Origin: Candidatus Anderseniibacteriota bacterium
GTDB taxonomy: Bacteria; Patescibacteriota; Andersenbacteria; UBA10190
NCBI GenBank assembly: GCA_016197005.1
Contig: JACPWO010000001.1
Span: forward strand, 218,544-282,543
Length of the DNA stretch: 64,000 bases
Direction of reading: 5' to 3'
Positions 20,313 to 29,186 of this stretch are shown one piece after another. The notes beneath the pieces were generated by a model. That model saw only the letters and a program-made list of their open reading frames with translations, ran no database searches and was not told the origin of the DNA. Position 1 is the first letter of the stretch. Each line of letters opens with the position of its first letter. The translations under genes and the position numbers were made by a program.

Positions 20313-20665
20313 CGATTCATAATGAGAATAGCCGTGAAAGCTGCCAGAAGAAGAGCTTGAGCGGCAACGGCAGCACCCATAAGGATAGCGGCCGATAAAT
20401 AATTTGTTTTCCTAAGGACGTATGCCAGTAATCCATCAAGTACTACTAAGGCAGTACCTAAGACGGGCAATACCAGAATCTGATGCCCTTCACCAATAAA
20501 GTCAATCCCCACCCCCACGTTGTAATGGAGAATAGCCGCAGGCAAGTCACGAGGGAAAAGAGTGAGCGATAAGATCCATAAAGCAGCGTTTAACAGAGCA
20601 CCTGCTCCCCCTGTTAAGAGAAGTGGGCTACGAAACCGAGCAGCAATATTAAAACTCCTTTTCAT
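20309..20665 (-). CDS. small hypothetical membrane protein
   Basis: 118 aa, three hydrophobic helices; translationally coupled to GT2. Confidence 0.4.
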   Translation of the reverse strand: MKRSFNIAARFRSPLLLTGGAGALLNAALWILSLTLFPRDLPAAILHYNVGVGIDFIGEGHQILVLPVLGTALVVLDGLLAYVLRKTNYLSAAILMGAAVAAQALLLAAFTAILIMNR

Positions 20666-21902
20666 ACTCGGCGGCTACCGCGAGAACTCGCTCCACATAC
20701 CAACCGTTTACGTGATACTCCCAGTACGGCCCAGAAACATAGCGAGCAAGTGCTTCACGTTCCGCTCCCCTAGCAGCACCACGATCCGCGAGGTACACCG
20801 CCGTTCCTACAAACGCATCAGACAGCTCATAGGGATTAACCGGAGACTTTTTCATAAGTGCCTCCACCCTTCCCTCTATCCCTTCCCAGGTAGCAGGCAT
20901 AAACTGCGACGGTCCAATTGCGCCTCCCCACCCTTTTCCATTACTTGGGCGACGAGATATTTGTGCTTTAGAGCGATCAAGTCCTAATTTATCTGTAATG
21001 CGAATAAAGGCATCTCGGCTGGCAGGTTGCATATCATCCGGGAATACGCCACTTCCAACATTATTACCTAAATTTGATTCCACTTTAAGAACAGCCATAA
21101 CAAGCGCCGGGCGAACGCCCGTTAACGTACCGGCGTTTCTGGCCATGTCTGAAGCGCTGCCTAATGTTACTTGAATGTTGCTACTTTTCAGTGAGAATAT
21201 CTGGTTCGCAATTTCTTCCCGTGCCTGTTTTGCTTCCGCTAGCATTGCGTTCACGCGAGACTCTTCTGCTGTTTGCGAAACAAGTTCGGCTTGTTCTGCC
21301 TTTTCTTGGTCAGTGATTTCTTCCTGCTGAACAGCCAATGTTTTTTGCAGTTGAGTAAGACTTGTTTGCTGCTCCTGCAAACTTTCTTGTTTACTCGAAA
21401 GATCCGCTAACTGTTCATGGATTTTCTTGGTGGCGGCCGCTACTTGTTCTTGTAAATCCTCAAGCGCTGCTCCTGCTGCCATTACTTCACTCACACTAAA
21501 ATTACTAAAAAATGTCCGAATAAGGGAGCCTTGTTCTTGTTGGTACAGCGTACGAATGAGATGCCGAAGGTATGCTCGCTGTTCTTCTAGGTTCTCTTGC
21601 AGATCTCCAATATCTTCGGTCGTTTTTTCCTCCTGCGCCGCAACTGTTTCTATGGTTGCTTGGGTACGCTGAAGTTCAAGACGAGCTTTACTTAGTTGTC
21701 GTCTTAGTTCTTCAACTTGTGACTTAGTTTCTGCTACTTCTCCAGCTACCTGCTGACTATCCCCAGTAAGTTCTTTAATTTTCTGATCAAGTTTAGCAAC
21801 TTCTTTTTCTTTTGCTTCAATTTCTTGTTGGGTGGCCGCACAAACAGTGCTGGGCATTACTGCCAACAAAGCCACTACTAGCAAAAAACCGAGACGCTTC
21901 AT
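20649..21902 (-). CDS. secreted coiled-coil protein with C-terminal lytic transglycosylase (SLT/GH23) domain
   Basis: Signal peptide MKRLGFLLVVALLAVMPSTVCA, long Q/E-rich coiled coil, then LKVESNLG (catalytic Glu) ... GPSQFMPATW ... Y. Start moved to MKRLG. Confidence 0.7.
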   Translation of the reverse strand: MKRLGFLLVVALLAVMPSTVCAATQQEIEAKEKEVAKLDQKIKELTGDSQQVAGEVAETKSQVEELRRQLSKARLELQRTQATIETVAAQEEKTTEDIGDLQENLEEQRAYLRHLIRTLYQQEQGSLIRTFFSNFSVSEVMAAGAALEDLQEQVAAATKKIHEQLADLSSKQESLQEQQTSLTQLQKTLAVQQEEITDQEKAEQAELVSQTAEESRVNAMLAEAKQAREEIANQIFSLKSSNIQVTLGSASDMARNAGTLTGVRPALVMAVLKVESNLGNNVGSGVFPDDMQPASRDAFIRITDKLGLDRSKAQISRRPSNGKGWGGAIGPSQFMPATWEGIEGRVEALMKKSPVNPYELSDAFVGTAVYLADRGAARGAEREALARYVSGPYWEYHVNGWYVERVLAVAAEYEKEF

Positions 21903-22432
21903 TGTCCTATCCCCAACCCCTTTGCCCACTGGTGCCATTCACCGCCATCTTCATTTAATCCCGCCACTGCTTCCGTTGGGCTAATTATTCTCACCGCTTC
22001 CACCTCGCCAACATCAAGTAAGTGCTTGTCACTGGTAATGATAACGTCAGCGTCGCCACCAACCGCAGCCTCAATAAACTTTAAGTCTTCCAAGTCATCG
22101 ATAATAACTTCCGTAGACTCTGCCCGTACATCATGAAGAGAAGATAGGAAGTTCTCGATAAGCTCACTATCTTCTGGTTGGTTTACGAGTTTTCCTACTA
22201 TGTTCTTATACTCTCGCTTTACGGCGGGGGTAGCTAAGGCCGTAATTTCTCCAGCCACAGCCGCTTCCAGCAACTGAGTCGCAGCGCTGAATGGGTCACT
22301 TGTACTGTTAATTAAAACATTGGTGTCTAGTACAACACGCACATGCTTAGAATCCCCTATTAGAGGATAAGAATCAAGGATGGGGATAAATCCTCTCCTC
22401 GTTTTGGATATGTTTGTTACAATTGTGTTCAA
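21899..22432 (-). CDS. PIN-domain protein (putative ribonuclease / toxin-like)
   Basis: VVLDTNVLI N-terminal PIN signature with downstream acidic residues; 177 aa. 4-nt ATGA overlap with the downstream gene. Confidence 0.65.
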   Translation of the reverse strand: MNTIVTNISKTRRGFIPILDSYPLIGDSKHVRVVLDTNVLINSTSDPFSAATQLLEAAVAGEITALATPAVKREYKNIVGKLVNQPEDSELIENFLSSLHDVRAESTEVIIDDLEDLKFIEAAVGGDADVIITSDKHLLDVGEVEAVRIISPTEAVAGLNEDGGEWHQWAKGLGIGQ

Positions 22433-22446
22433 AGAAACATCCCCTT

Positions 22447-23064
22447 ATGCCTTATAGCGATCTTACGAGGAAACAGAGTGAAACACTGAATTGTATTCGG
22501 CAGTGGTTAGCTGAGCACAACTACGCCCCAAGTTACCGGGATATTATGCATGAGATGAACATCAAGTCCCCCGCTACGACCTATAACCACGTGCAGGCAT
22601 TGGTAGAAAAAGGATATCTTCACATGCCGGATGGACTCTTACGGTCCGTTGAGCTTACTGACAAATCAAATATGTTCCGTAAAGGCGTTGATTTGCCATT
22701 AGTTGGAGCAATCGCTGCCGGCGTTCCTATCCAGGCCATCGAGGGTCGGGATACCATGACGGTTCCGCTCGAACTCCTGCCCAACCTCAATTGTTATGTA
22801 CTCCAGGTAAAGGGAGATTCTATGATTGAGGCCGGCATTTTAGATGGTGATTACGTCATCATTGAACGAAACTTCTACCCTAATAACGGCGAAGTTGTGG
22901 TTGCACTGTTGGATAACGAAAATGCCACTCTAAAAAAATATTATCGTGAAGAAGGTCGAATCCGCCTGCAGCCAGCCAATAAGAAAATGCGCCCCATTTA
23001 CACAAAGAATCCGGTTATCCAGGGAATAGTTCGCGCCGTTCTGCGTAGATACGACGAAGAGTAG
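22447..23064 (+). CDS. lexA: LexA repressor
   Basis: N-terminal wHTH plus S24 peptidase domain, with A-G cleavage site, VKGDSM catalytic Ser and a downstream Lys. Start placed at MPYSDL because the ORF-track start at 22414 overlaps the divergent PIN gene start. Confidence 0.85.
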   Translation: MPYSDLTRKQSETLNCIRQWLAEHNYAPSYRDIMHEMNIKSPATTYNHVQALVEKGYLHMPDGLLRSVELTDKSNMFRKGVDLPLVGAIAAGVPIQAIEGRDTMTVPLELLPNLNCYVLQVKGDSMIEAGILDGDYVIIERNFYPNNGEVVVALLDNENATLKKYYREEGRIRLQPANKKMRPIYTKNPVIQGIVRAVLRRYDEE

Positions 23065-23101
23065 CTTCCTCTTTTAACTAAATACGAGGTATCCTCCTTA
23101 C

Positions 23102-23587
23102 GTGGATATAAAAAATAGTATTGTTTTACTTGCGCTGCTGGGACTAGGACTTTTATTTGCCTGGCATAAACGAGTGCTCATTATGCCATTTGTCGTCGCT
23201 CTTCTTACGTCCCTGGCCTGGACTTTTTACTATCCTTATGAATACGCCGACAATAATTTCCTTTTATTTGGCAGAATTAATATGTATCCGCTGGTGCTCT
23301 GGACGGTCAGTCTGGTCGCGCTGTATTCTCTGTATCTTCGTCTCCCTAAACGATACCGCCCGATAGCCTTTACTATGCTTTATTTTACGCTACTGGGAGC
23401 AGTGGAAACCATTGGCTACCATTACTTAAACATTCGACTTACCAGTAACTACACCAGTCTCCTTGGGTTGGGAGTTATTCACGCTCCTGTCTCAATGAAA
23501 ATATTTTATGTAGTAGCTGGGCCAGCGTATATCCTTCTCACCCGAAGTATTGCTCATGCAATGGAAAAAAGAGTGAGCGAAGAATAA
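23102..23587 (+). CDS. hypothetical membrane protein
   Basis: 161 aa, four or five TM helices. Confidence 0.45.
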   Translation: MDIKNSIVLLALLGLGLLFAWHKRVLIMPFVVALLTSLAWTFYYPYEYADNNFLLFGRINMYPLVLWTVSLVALYSLYLRLPKRYRPIAFTMLYFTLLGAVETIGYHYLNIRLTSNYTSLLGLGVIHAPVSMKIFYVVAGPAYILLTRSIAHAMEKRVSEE

Positions 23588-23712
23588 AAGCAGATCTACA
23601 TTCTACAAAAAGCATCTAACAAAAATATTTTTATTTGACAAACAAGAGAAATACCGATAAAACTATAGCTTATAGTTTGTCCCCTATCACTTCTATGGAA
23701 AGAGAGTGACGA

Positions 23713-23907
23713 ATGCCTCGCATATGCAAATGTGGCAAGAAAATAGAACCCGCCTATCGTGATGTGGGCGCATGTGAAGATTGCTTTGCTGAAAAAATGG
23801 CTGATCCACACACATTGATCAGGATGGCTAACCCCGCCACTCCTCTCCCGCCCTCAAAAGATTATCGGCCTCACCACTCTCGATATTTTCGAGGTCGTCG
23901 CCATTAG
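23713..23907 (+). CDS. small zinc-ribbon-like protein (CxxG...CxxC)
   Basis: 64 aa with CKCGKK and CEDC pairs. Preceded by a plausible sigma70-like promoter: TTGACA (23635-23640), 17 nt, TAAAAC. Confidence 0.35.
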   Translation: MPRICKCGKKIEPAYRDVGACEDCFAEKMADPHTLIRMANPATPLPPSKDYRPHHSRYFRGRRH

Positions 23908-23930
23908 CCCAACTATCCCGTTGGGCATTT

Positions 23931-25016
23931 TTATACTTCTTCGCTATCCTCTCCGGCCGCTAATTTTGTGTACGTATCACCGGTATCTATTTGATCCAGT
24001 CGATTTCCGAGTTTATCCAGCCGTCGTGCTGAATCATCAAAACGGTTCTTGGCATTCGCGAGATGTTTTCCGACAGTTGAAAACTCTTCAGAGAATACTC
24101 CAAAATCTTGGCGTAGTTGTCCTAAGTGTTGCATGATTTCTCTCGCCTGTTGCTCTACCTTCATTCCCCTCAACCCTACTAGCACTGTCTGCAAATATGC
24201 TAAGAAACTATTTGGAGAGGTTGGGATGACATGGCACTTCAAACAAAATTCCCATAGACTTTCGCCGTCAGACGGCTGAATCATTGTTTCGTAATACACA
24301 CCTTCAAGCGGAATATACATGAAGGCATAATCCAGGGTCCGTTCAGCGGGGACGATATATTTTTTTGAAATATCCGTAATGTGCTTTTTAACATCCCGGA
24401 TAAATTCTTTGCGGAATCGTGCTTTGCGATCAGTTTCTTGTTCATTGCTATAGATTTCGTAATTTGCCAGCGGAAACTTAGCGTCGACGGCAACAATATA
24501 ACCATCTTGTAGTTTAATAGTTGCATCAGCAATTTCACCGCTACCTCGGAGTATGTATTGTAGGTCAAACCGGTCAGCTGGCAGCACTTCACTGAGGAGA
24601 TTCGCGAGAAGTACTTCACCAAAACTTCCTCGGATCTTGGGGTGCTTGAGCATTGTTTGAAATGAGACAATATCTTCACTTGTCTTCTGAAGCTGACTTG
24701 TTGCCTGCTCTAACTTTCCCAAACCAGCGCTTACCGTTCGGACGGTACGTTCGGCAGCACTTACTCGACTAGCTAAAAAGTCTTTCGATTCATTGACCGC
24801 GTGGGTATGCTCTCGTAAGCGTTCGTTTACCTCTCGACTCATATGTTGCAACTGCTGACTGAATAATTTTTGTAGCTCTAAGACACTACTGTCAGTTTGC
24901 CCACCCCGCCGGGTGCGAACTAATAGAAAAACGAGAATACCGCTTGTTATAAGGCCGATTCCGGCCGCTATCATCGAAATAACTTGTTCCGTCATAGGGT
25001 CACTGTAGTATATCAA
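23931..25016 (-). CDS. rmuC: DNA recombination protein RmuC
   Basis: N-terminal TM, long coiled coil, C-terminal RmuC nuclease-like domain (FPLANYEIY...YAFMYIPLEGVYYE). Confidence 0.75.
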   Translation of the reverse strand: MIYYSDPMTEQVISMIAAGIGLITSGILVFLLVRTRRGGQTDSSVLELQKLFSQQLQHMSREVNERLREHTHAVNESKDFLASRVSAAERTVRTVSAGLGKLEQATSQLQKTSEDIVSFQTMLKHPKIRGSFGEVLLANLLSEVLPADRFDLQYILRGSGEIADATIKLQDGYIVAVDAKFPLANYEIYSNEQETDRKARFRKEFIRDVKKHITDISKKYIVPAERTLDYAFMYIPLEGVYYETMIQPSDGESLWEFCLKCHVIPTSPNSFLAYLQTVLVGLRGMKVEQQAREIMQHLGQLRQDFGVFSEEFSTVGKHLANAKNRFDDSARRLDKLGNRLDQIDTGDTYTKLAAGEDSEEV

Positions 25017-25018
25017 CC

Positions 25019-25378
25019 ATGCAGCTTTGTGGCACGGTTATCCGCGGAGAAGGTCGAGGCAAGGATTTAGGCTTTCCGACCGCTAATATTGAGACTTCGG
25101 ACTCCATTCCAGATTCGGGAGTATATGCCGGGATCGCTACCATCGGTACCGAGCAGTATCTCGCGGCTATTCATATTGGCCCGCGGCCAACGTTCGATGA
25201 CCTACGACCAACACTGGAAGCTCACCTTCTGGATTTCTCCAAGGATTTGTATGGGAAAGAAGTGTGTATTGATATTCGCCAAAAACTGCGCGGTGTAAAA
25301 AAATTTGATACCATAGAGGCATTACGGCAGGCTATCGAAAACGACTGCGCTGCCGTCCGTAAACTTCTTCGTACTTAA
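25019..25378 (+). CDS. riboflavin kinase (stand-alone RibF C-terminal domain)
   Basis: GEGRGKDLGFPTANI flavokinase signature; 119 aa. Confidence 0.7.
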   Translation: MQLCGTVIRGEGRGKDLGFPTANIETSDSIPDSGVYAGIATIGTEQYLAAIHIGPRPTFDDLRPTLEAHLLDFSKDLYGKEVCIDIRQKLRGVKKFDTIEALRQAIENDCAAVRKLLRT

Positions 25379-25387
25379 TACTATTTC

Positions 25388-25849
25388 GTGCCAGGAACTG
25401 TTCACCTTTTAGTCGGTGCTGCAATCGCTACGCTGGTTCCGAATGTACCAGTAATGGTGGTGTTGGCGTTTTTCTCCCATTACATCTTGGATTTAATCCC
25501 CCATTTAGATCCTGATACTTTTGCTGATGACCAGCACCCCTATACCTGGTGGCAAAAAGCCACTCTTACGGTGGATGTTATTCTAGTATTCTCTCTTCTC
25601 CTCGCACTGTTTTGGCTGCGACAAGAACCGTTTCAGTATTTGCTGGGAGCGGTAGTGGGACTTATGCCAGACATCCTCACTCCCCTGGAGAGTTATCCGG
25701 CATTTACTCCCCTCAAAAAAGCTCATGAACTACTTCATTGGAACAAACGACGAGCACGGTGGTGGTCGTGGTATGTCCCAGCCTTACTACTCCCGGTAGT
25801 TATTAGTACCGGCGCTCTCCTCATTATCTGGGGAGAACTTAATACATAA
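25388..25849 (+). CDS. DUF457-like membrane-bound metal-dependent hydrolase
   Basis: SHYILDLIPHLD His-rich motif in a polytopic membrane protein; 153 aa. Confidence 0.45.
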   Translation: MPGTVHLLVGAAIATLVPNVPVMVVLAFFSHYILDLIPHLDPDTFADDQHPYTWWQKATLTVDVILVFSLLLALFWLRQEPFQYLLGAVVGLMPDILTPLESYPAFTPLKKAHELLHWNKRRARWWSWYVPALLLPVVISTGALLIIWGELNT

Positions 25850-25879
25850 AATTTTCTTTCCTAAGACCGGAAAGTGATT

Positions 25880-26506
25880 TTACTGGGCCGCAGCGTAACG
25901 TCGGGCAACTTCATCCCAATTCACTACATTCCACCAGCTCTCAATGTACTCTGATCTATTCGATAAAAATTTTATGTAGTACGCATGTTCCCACACATCC
26001 AATCCAAGGATTGGTGTTCCACCTATGCCAGCAATTTCTTTACCCATTAAAGGGCTATCTTGATTGGCAGTTGAACCGATTACAAGCTCACCGCCATCAA
26101 CCACAAGCCACGCCCATCCTGAACCAAAGCGAGTTACCCCAGCTTCAGCAAATTTCTTTTCAAATTCGTCAAAACTGCCAAATGTGTTTTGTATATCTGC
26201 TGCTAGCCCTCCAGTTGGCTGCCCACCCGTACCTGGAGCCATCAATGTCCAAAACAGTGAATGGTTGGCGTGTCCCCCACCGTTGTTTCTGACAGCAGTG
26301 CGAATATCTTCGGAAACGCTCGTGAGATTAGCAATTAAGTCTTCAACTGATTTACTGGCTAAGTCAGGATGACTTTCTAAAGCAGCATTTACTTTGTCGA
26401 TATACGCCTGATGATGTTTGGTGTGATGAATCTCCATTGTTTTCGCATCAATGTGTGGCTCAAGTGCGTCATAAGAGTACAGCAGTTTCGGAAGCGTATA
26501 CGGCAT
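25880..26506 (-). CDS. sodA: Fe/Mn superoxide dismutase (start moved to MPYTLPKL)
   Basis: [16 protein letters not shown]...HHTKHHQAY...DVWEHAYY metal-ligand signatures. Confidence 0.92.
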   Translation of the reverse strand: MPYTLPKLLYSYDALEPHIDAKTMEIHHTKHHQAYIDKVNAALESHPDLASKSVEDLIANLTSVSEDIRTAVRNNGGGHANHSLFWTLMAPGTGGQPTGGLAADIQNTFGSFDEFEKKFAEAGVTRFGSGWAWLVVDGGELVIGSTANQDSPLMGKEIAGIGGTPILGLDVWEHAYYIKFLSNRSEYIESWWNVVNWDEVARRYAAAQ

Positions 26507-26587
26507 AAGATAGTTCGTTAAAAGTAATATCTTCACCATACCCACTCCGCCTTCCCTTCTCAAGGCGTTCTCCGCTAGGCTTAAAGG

Positions 26588-27154
26588 ATGTCCGGCACTA
26601 CTCATCAAATGGTTGCACTCCTGGCTGCCTTCTGGATTCTCACTCAGTATCCCATCTCGCTCGGGCCCACTCTCGCCATTTTTGCTATTTTCGCGGTAAT
26701 GATCGGGGCGCTTACCCCCGACTTAGATCAACCCTCAGCTAATCTGCTACGTCGCACCATTGGTGGAAAATTCATTCACAAGTTATTTACTGCTTTCTCA
26801 GGCGGTCATCGACACTTCACCCACGCCATCGTTGGTATTATTTTCATTGGCTTACTTCTACGCTGGCTTACGACTCGTTATCTTCTCCCTGAATTCCATA
26901 CCTCGGCGTTAGCGTTATGGTATGCCTTTATGATTGGCTACATTAGCCACCCGATTGCCGATACTTTAACAGATCATGGCGTGCCGTGGTTGTGGCCACT
27001 GCCGTGGAGTATAAAGATACCACCCGGTCCAGAGCAGCTACGAGTTACAACTGGTAGTTTTGTTGAGAATATTTTAGTGCGAGGTGCTCTTTTGATTGCT
27101 ATTGGATTTCTACTTACTACTCACTGGGTAACCCTTTTAGCCCTCTTTCAGTAG
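26588..27154 (+). CDS. YdjM-like (DUF457) membrane-bound metal-dependent hydrolase
   Basis: GGHRHFTHA motif; polytopic; 188 aa. Confidence 0.6.
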   Translation: MSGTTHQMVALLAAFWILTQYPISLGPTLAIFAIFAVMIGALTPDLDQPSANLLRRTIGGKFIHKLFTAFSGGHRHFTHAIVGIIFIGLLLRWLTTRYLLPEFHTSALALWYAFMIGYISHPIADTLTDHGVPWLWPLPWSIKIPPGPEQLRVTTGSFVENILVRGALLIAIGFLLTTHWVTLLALFQ

Positions 27155-27218
27155 CTGATATACTTAGGATAGCCAGTAGACACACTCTGGCATCGTTCCT
27201 TTCACGCCGGAGGTTCAA

Positions 27219-28079
27219 ATGATCGACAAGCTCGTTGGCTGGGCTTCGTTACTGCTGCTAATTGGCTTCACGGGTGGCGGCTTCGTAGCTGCCATTGCAA
27301 CTGTCTACGATGGGACATACCAAAAGCACCATGTGGCGATTTCCGTAGCAACGTGGTTCTTAGCGACGTTGGGAATCACGCTTTACTACCATCGCTTCGT
27401 GACGCACCGCAGTTACCGCTTCTCTACAGTTGGGAAATATGTTCTTCGTCCCTTTCTTGCATGGTTTGGCTTATTGAGTTGGCAAGGACCGCCAAAAAGA
27501 TGGTGTGCGGTTCACCGACACCATCATAAGCACTCAGACCAGGACGAAGATATGCATTCGCCGCACGCCCCGTACTCGAAGTGGTGGGGTGCCCTCTGGG
27601 CACATACCTTCTGGATCCCCTACGCAGTACCAGAAGAGCAGCCGAAGGACTTGGATAAGTTCGACAGAGTAATGAGTCGAACTGAAGTCTACTTGTTACT
27701 AGGTCCCGGCAGCGGTGTCGTGCTTTCTTATCTACTGGGTGGACTAGTGGGTATTGCATGGTATCTGGCTTCAGTATTCGTAAGCACCTGCATTTTGACA
27801 TGGGCAATAAACAGCTTGTGTCACTTGGTGGGCAGTCGAGATCTGGAAACCGGAGACCTAAGCACGAATGTTCTGATTCTAGGGTGGCTTACGGGCGGTG
27901 AAGCACTGCACAATGGTCACCATGGATTTCAGAAATCACCTCGGTTTGCGCATAAACCGTGGGAGGTGCCATTCGACACCGGCTATCTCGCATTGCGAGT
28001 ATTCGAATTCCTGGGCTTGGTCGATACGTTGAAAGTGCCTACCGCAGACCAGGTACTGAAGAGGCTACGTACCGCCTAA
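27219..28079 (+). CDS. membrane fatty-acid desaturase family protein
   Basis: Three His boxes (HRFVTHRSY, HRHHH, HNGHHGF); 286 aa. Confidence 0.8.
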   Translation: MIDKLVGWASLLLLIGFTGGGFVAAIATVYDGTYQKHHVAISVATWFLATLGITLYYHRFVTHRSYRFSTVGKYVLRPFLAWFGLLSWQGPPKRWCAVHRHHHKHSDQDEDMHSPHAPYSKWWGALWAHTFWIPYAVPEEQPKDLDKFDRVMSRTEVYLLLGPGSGVVLSYLLGGLVGIAWYLASVFVSTCILTWAINSLCHLVGSRDLETGDLSTNVLILGWLTGGEALHNGHHGFQKSPRFAHKPWEVPFDTGYLALRVFEFLGLVDTLKVPTADQVLKRLRTA

Positions 28080-28176
28080 CCAAGACATGAATAAAGTTCC
28101 AGCTGGCTCACTACCAGCTGTTTTTCTTTGCCAAATTGGACAGTATATTCGAAAACAGTTAAAACAAACCTTACAA

Positions 28177-28248
28177 GGCCCGTTCGTCTAGTGGCTAGGA
28201 CACCAGGTTCTCATCCTGGAAACAGGGATTCGATTTCCCTACGGGCTA
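28177..28248 (+). tRNA. tRNA-Glu (anticodon CUC), no encoded CCA
   Basis: Acceptor GGCCCGT/ACGGGCT, anticodon stem CCAGG/CCTGG, loop TTCTCAT, T loop TTCGATT. Confidence 0.88.
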
Positions 28249-28481
28249 CAAGTTTAAAAACTAATCTTACAAAAAACCCGCACTACCACCCTGCACGATT
28301 GTACGGGTTGCATACCCCTTTTCTTGAGCGCATCAGTGATTGTTGTTTGTACGCACATAAGAACGAGAAATGTACACTTCAACTCTCGCTATCAGGAGCA
28401 GAATCGGCGGCAGGAAAACTGCATGTACTGAGACAGTAGCGTTGCACTTAGGATGTTAATCTACGTCTATAACTTTTCTTT

Positions 28482-29186
28482 TTACGTACCAGAAATGAGA
28501 ATAGTATCGGTTGATTTAATATATTTGCTCATCCATTTTTTTGCCTCAGCACTCGTTTGGAAATGATGGGTATCCGCATCGTTTTCCGACGCATGAATAG
28601 CATCTCGCGCAGTTGCGTTAGTATCCCCCACAACCAGAATCATATCTGCGTACTGAGGAGAAATGGCAGCAACTGAAGGAGGTGGATTTTCTAAAACGGC
28701 AAGACGACGATGTTTGCCAATTGCGGCTAGCGTTTTGAGTCCCGCTAACATACTTTCCGGGGTAGAGGCAGCGGTATCATCTAGGAGCTGCGCCCCTTCT
28801 TTCGTCTTTGAAATACTTAAATATCCCTTCGGCGGCATGAATGACTGTAACCGTTGAGCTATTTGCAACAGCGACCGCCGTGTCACTGCTACTCCTGCCG
28901 CTATTTCGAGCGCTGTAATAACGGGTGCTATCTGGTACCGAGATACTACTCCTGGCACATTGAGCTCTAAAATAAGACCTTCAACATCTATTTCCAGCGC
29001 AAACCCACCTCGAATCAGTCGAGCAGCGCGGCGAAGAGTAGCTCGTACGCTACTCTCTTTCCGAGAGGGTGCTCCTTCGCCAAAAGCTGCCTTTAAAGCA
29101 GCATCAGTGACGACTGCATTCCACGCATCGGTGCGACTGAGGTTAGTTTGGAACTTGGTATTTCGTTTTTGGACCAGTTTCATCAT
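28482..29186 (-). CDS. Mur-ligase C-terminal-domain fragment (MurF/MurE-like remnant)
   Basis: GKHRRLAVLENPPP resembles the Mur ligase C-domain GxxRxxxVLGDMxELG. Only 234 aa, with no ATP-binding middle domain. Sits where murE/murF would follow ftsI. Confidence 0.45.
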   Translation of the reverse strand: MMKLVQKRNTKFQTNLSRTDAWNAVVTDAALKAAFGEGAPSRKESSVRATLRRAARLIRGGFALEIDVEGLILELNVPGVVSRYQIAPVITALEIAAGVAVTRRSLLQIAQRLQSFMPPKGYLSISKTKEGAQLLDDTAASTPESMLAGLKTLAAIGKHRRLAVLENPPPSVAAISPQYADMILVVGDTNATARDAIHASENDADTHHFQTSAEAKKWMSKYIKSTDTILISGT

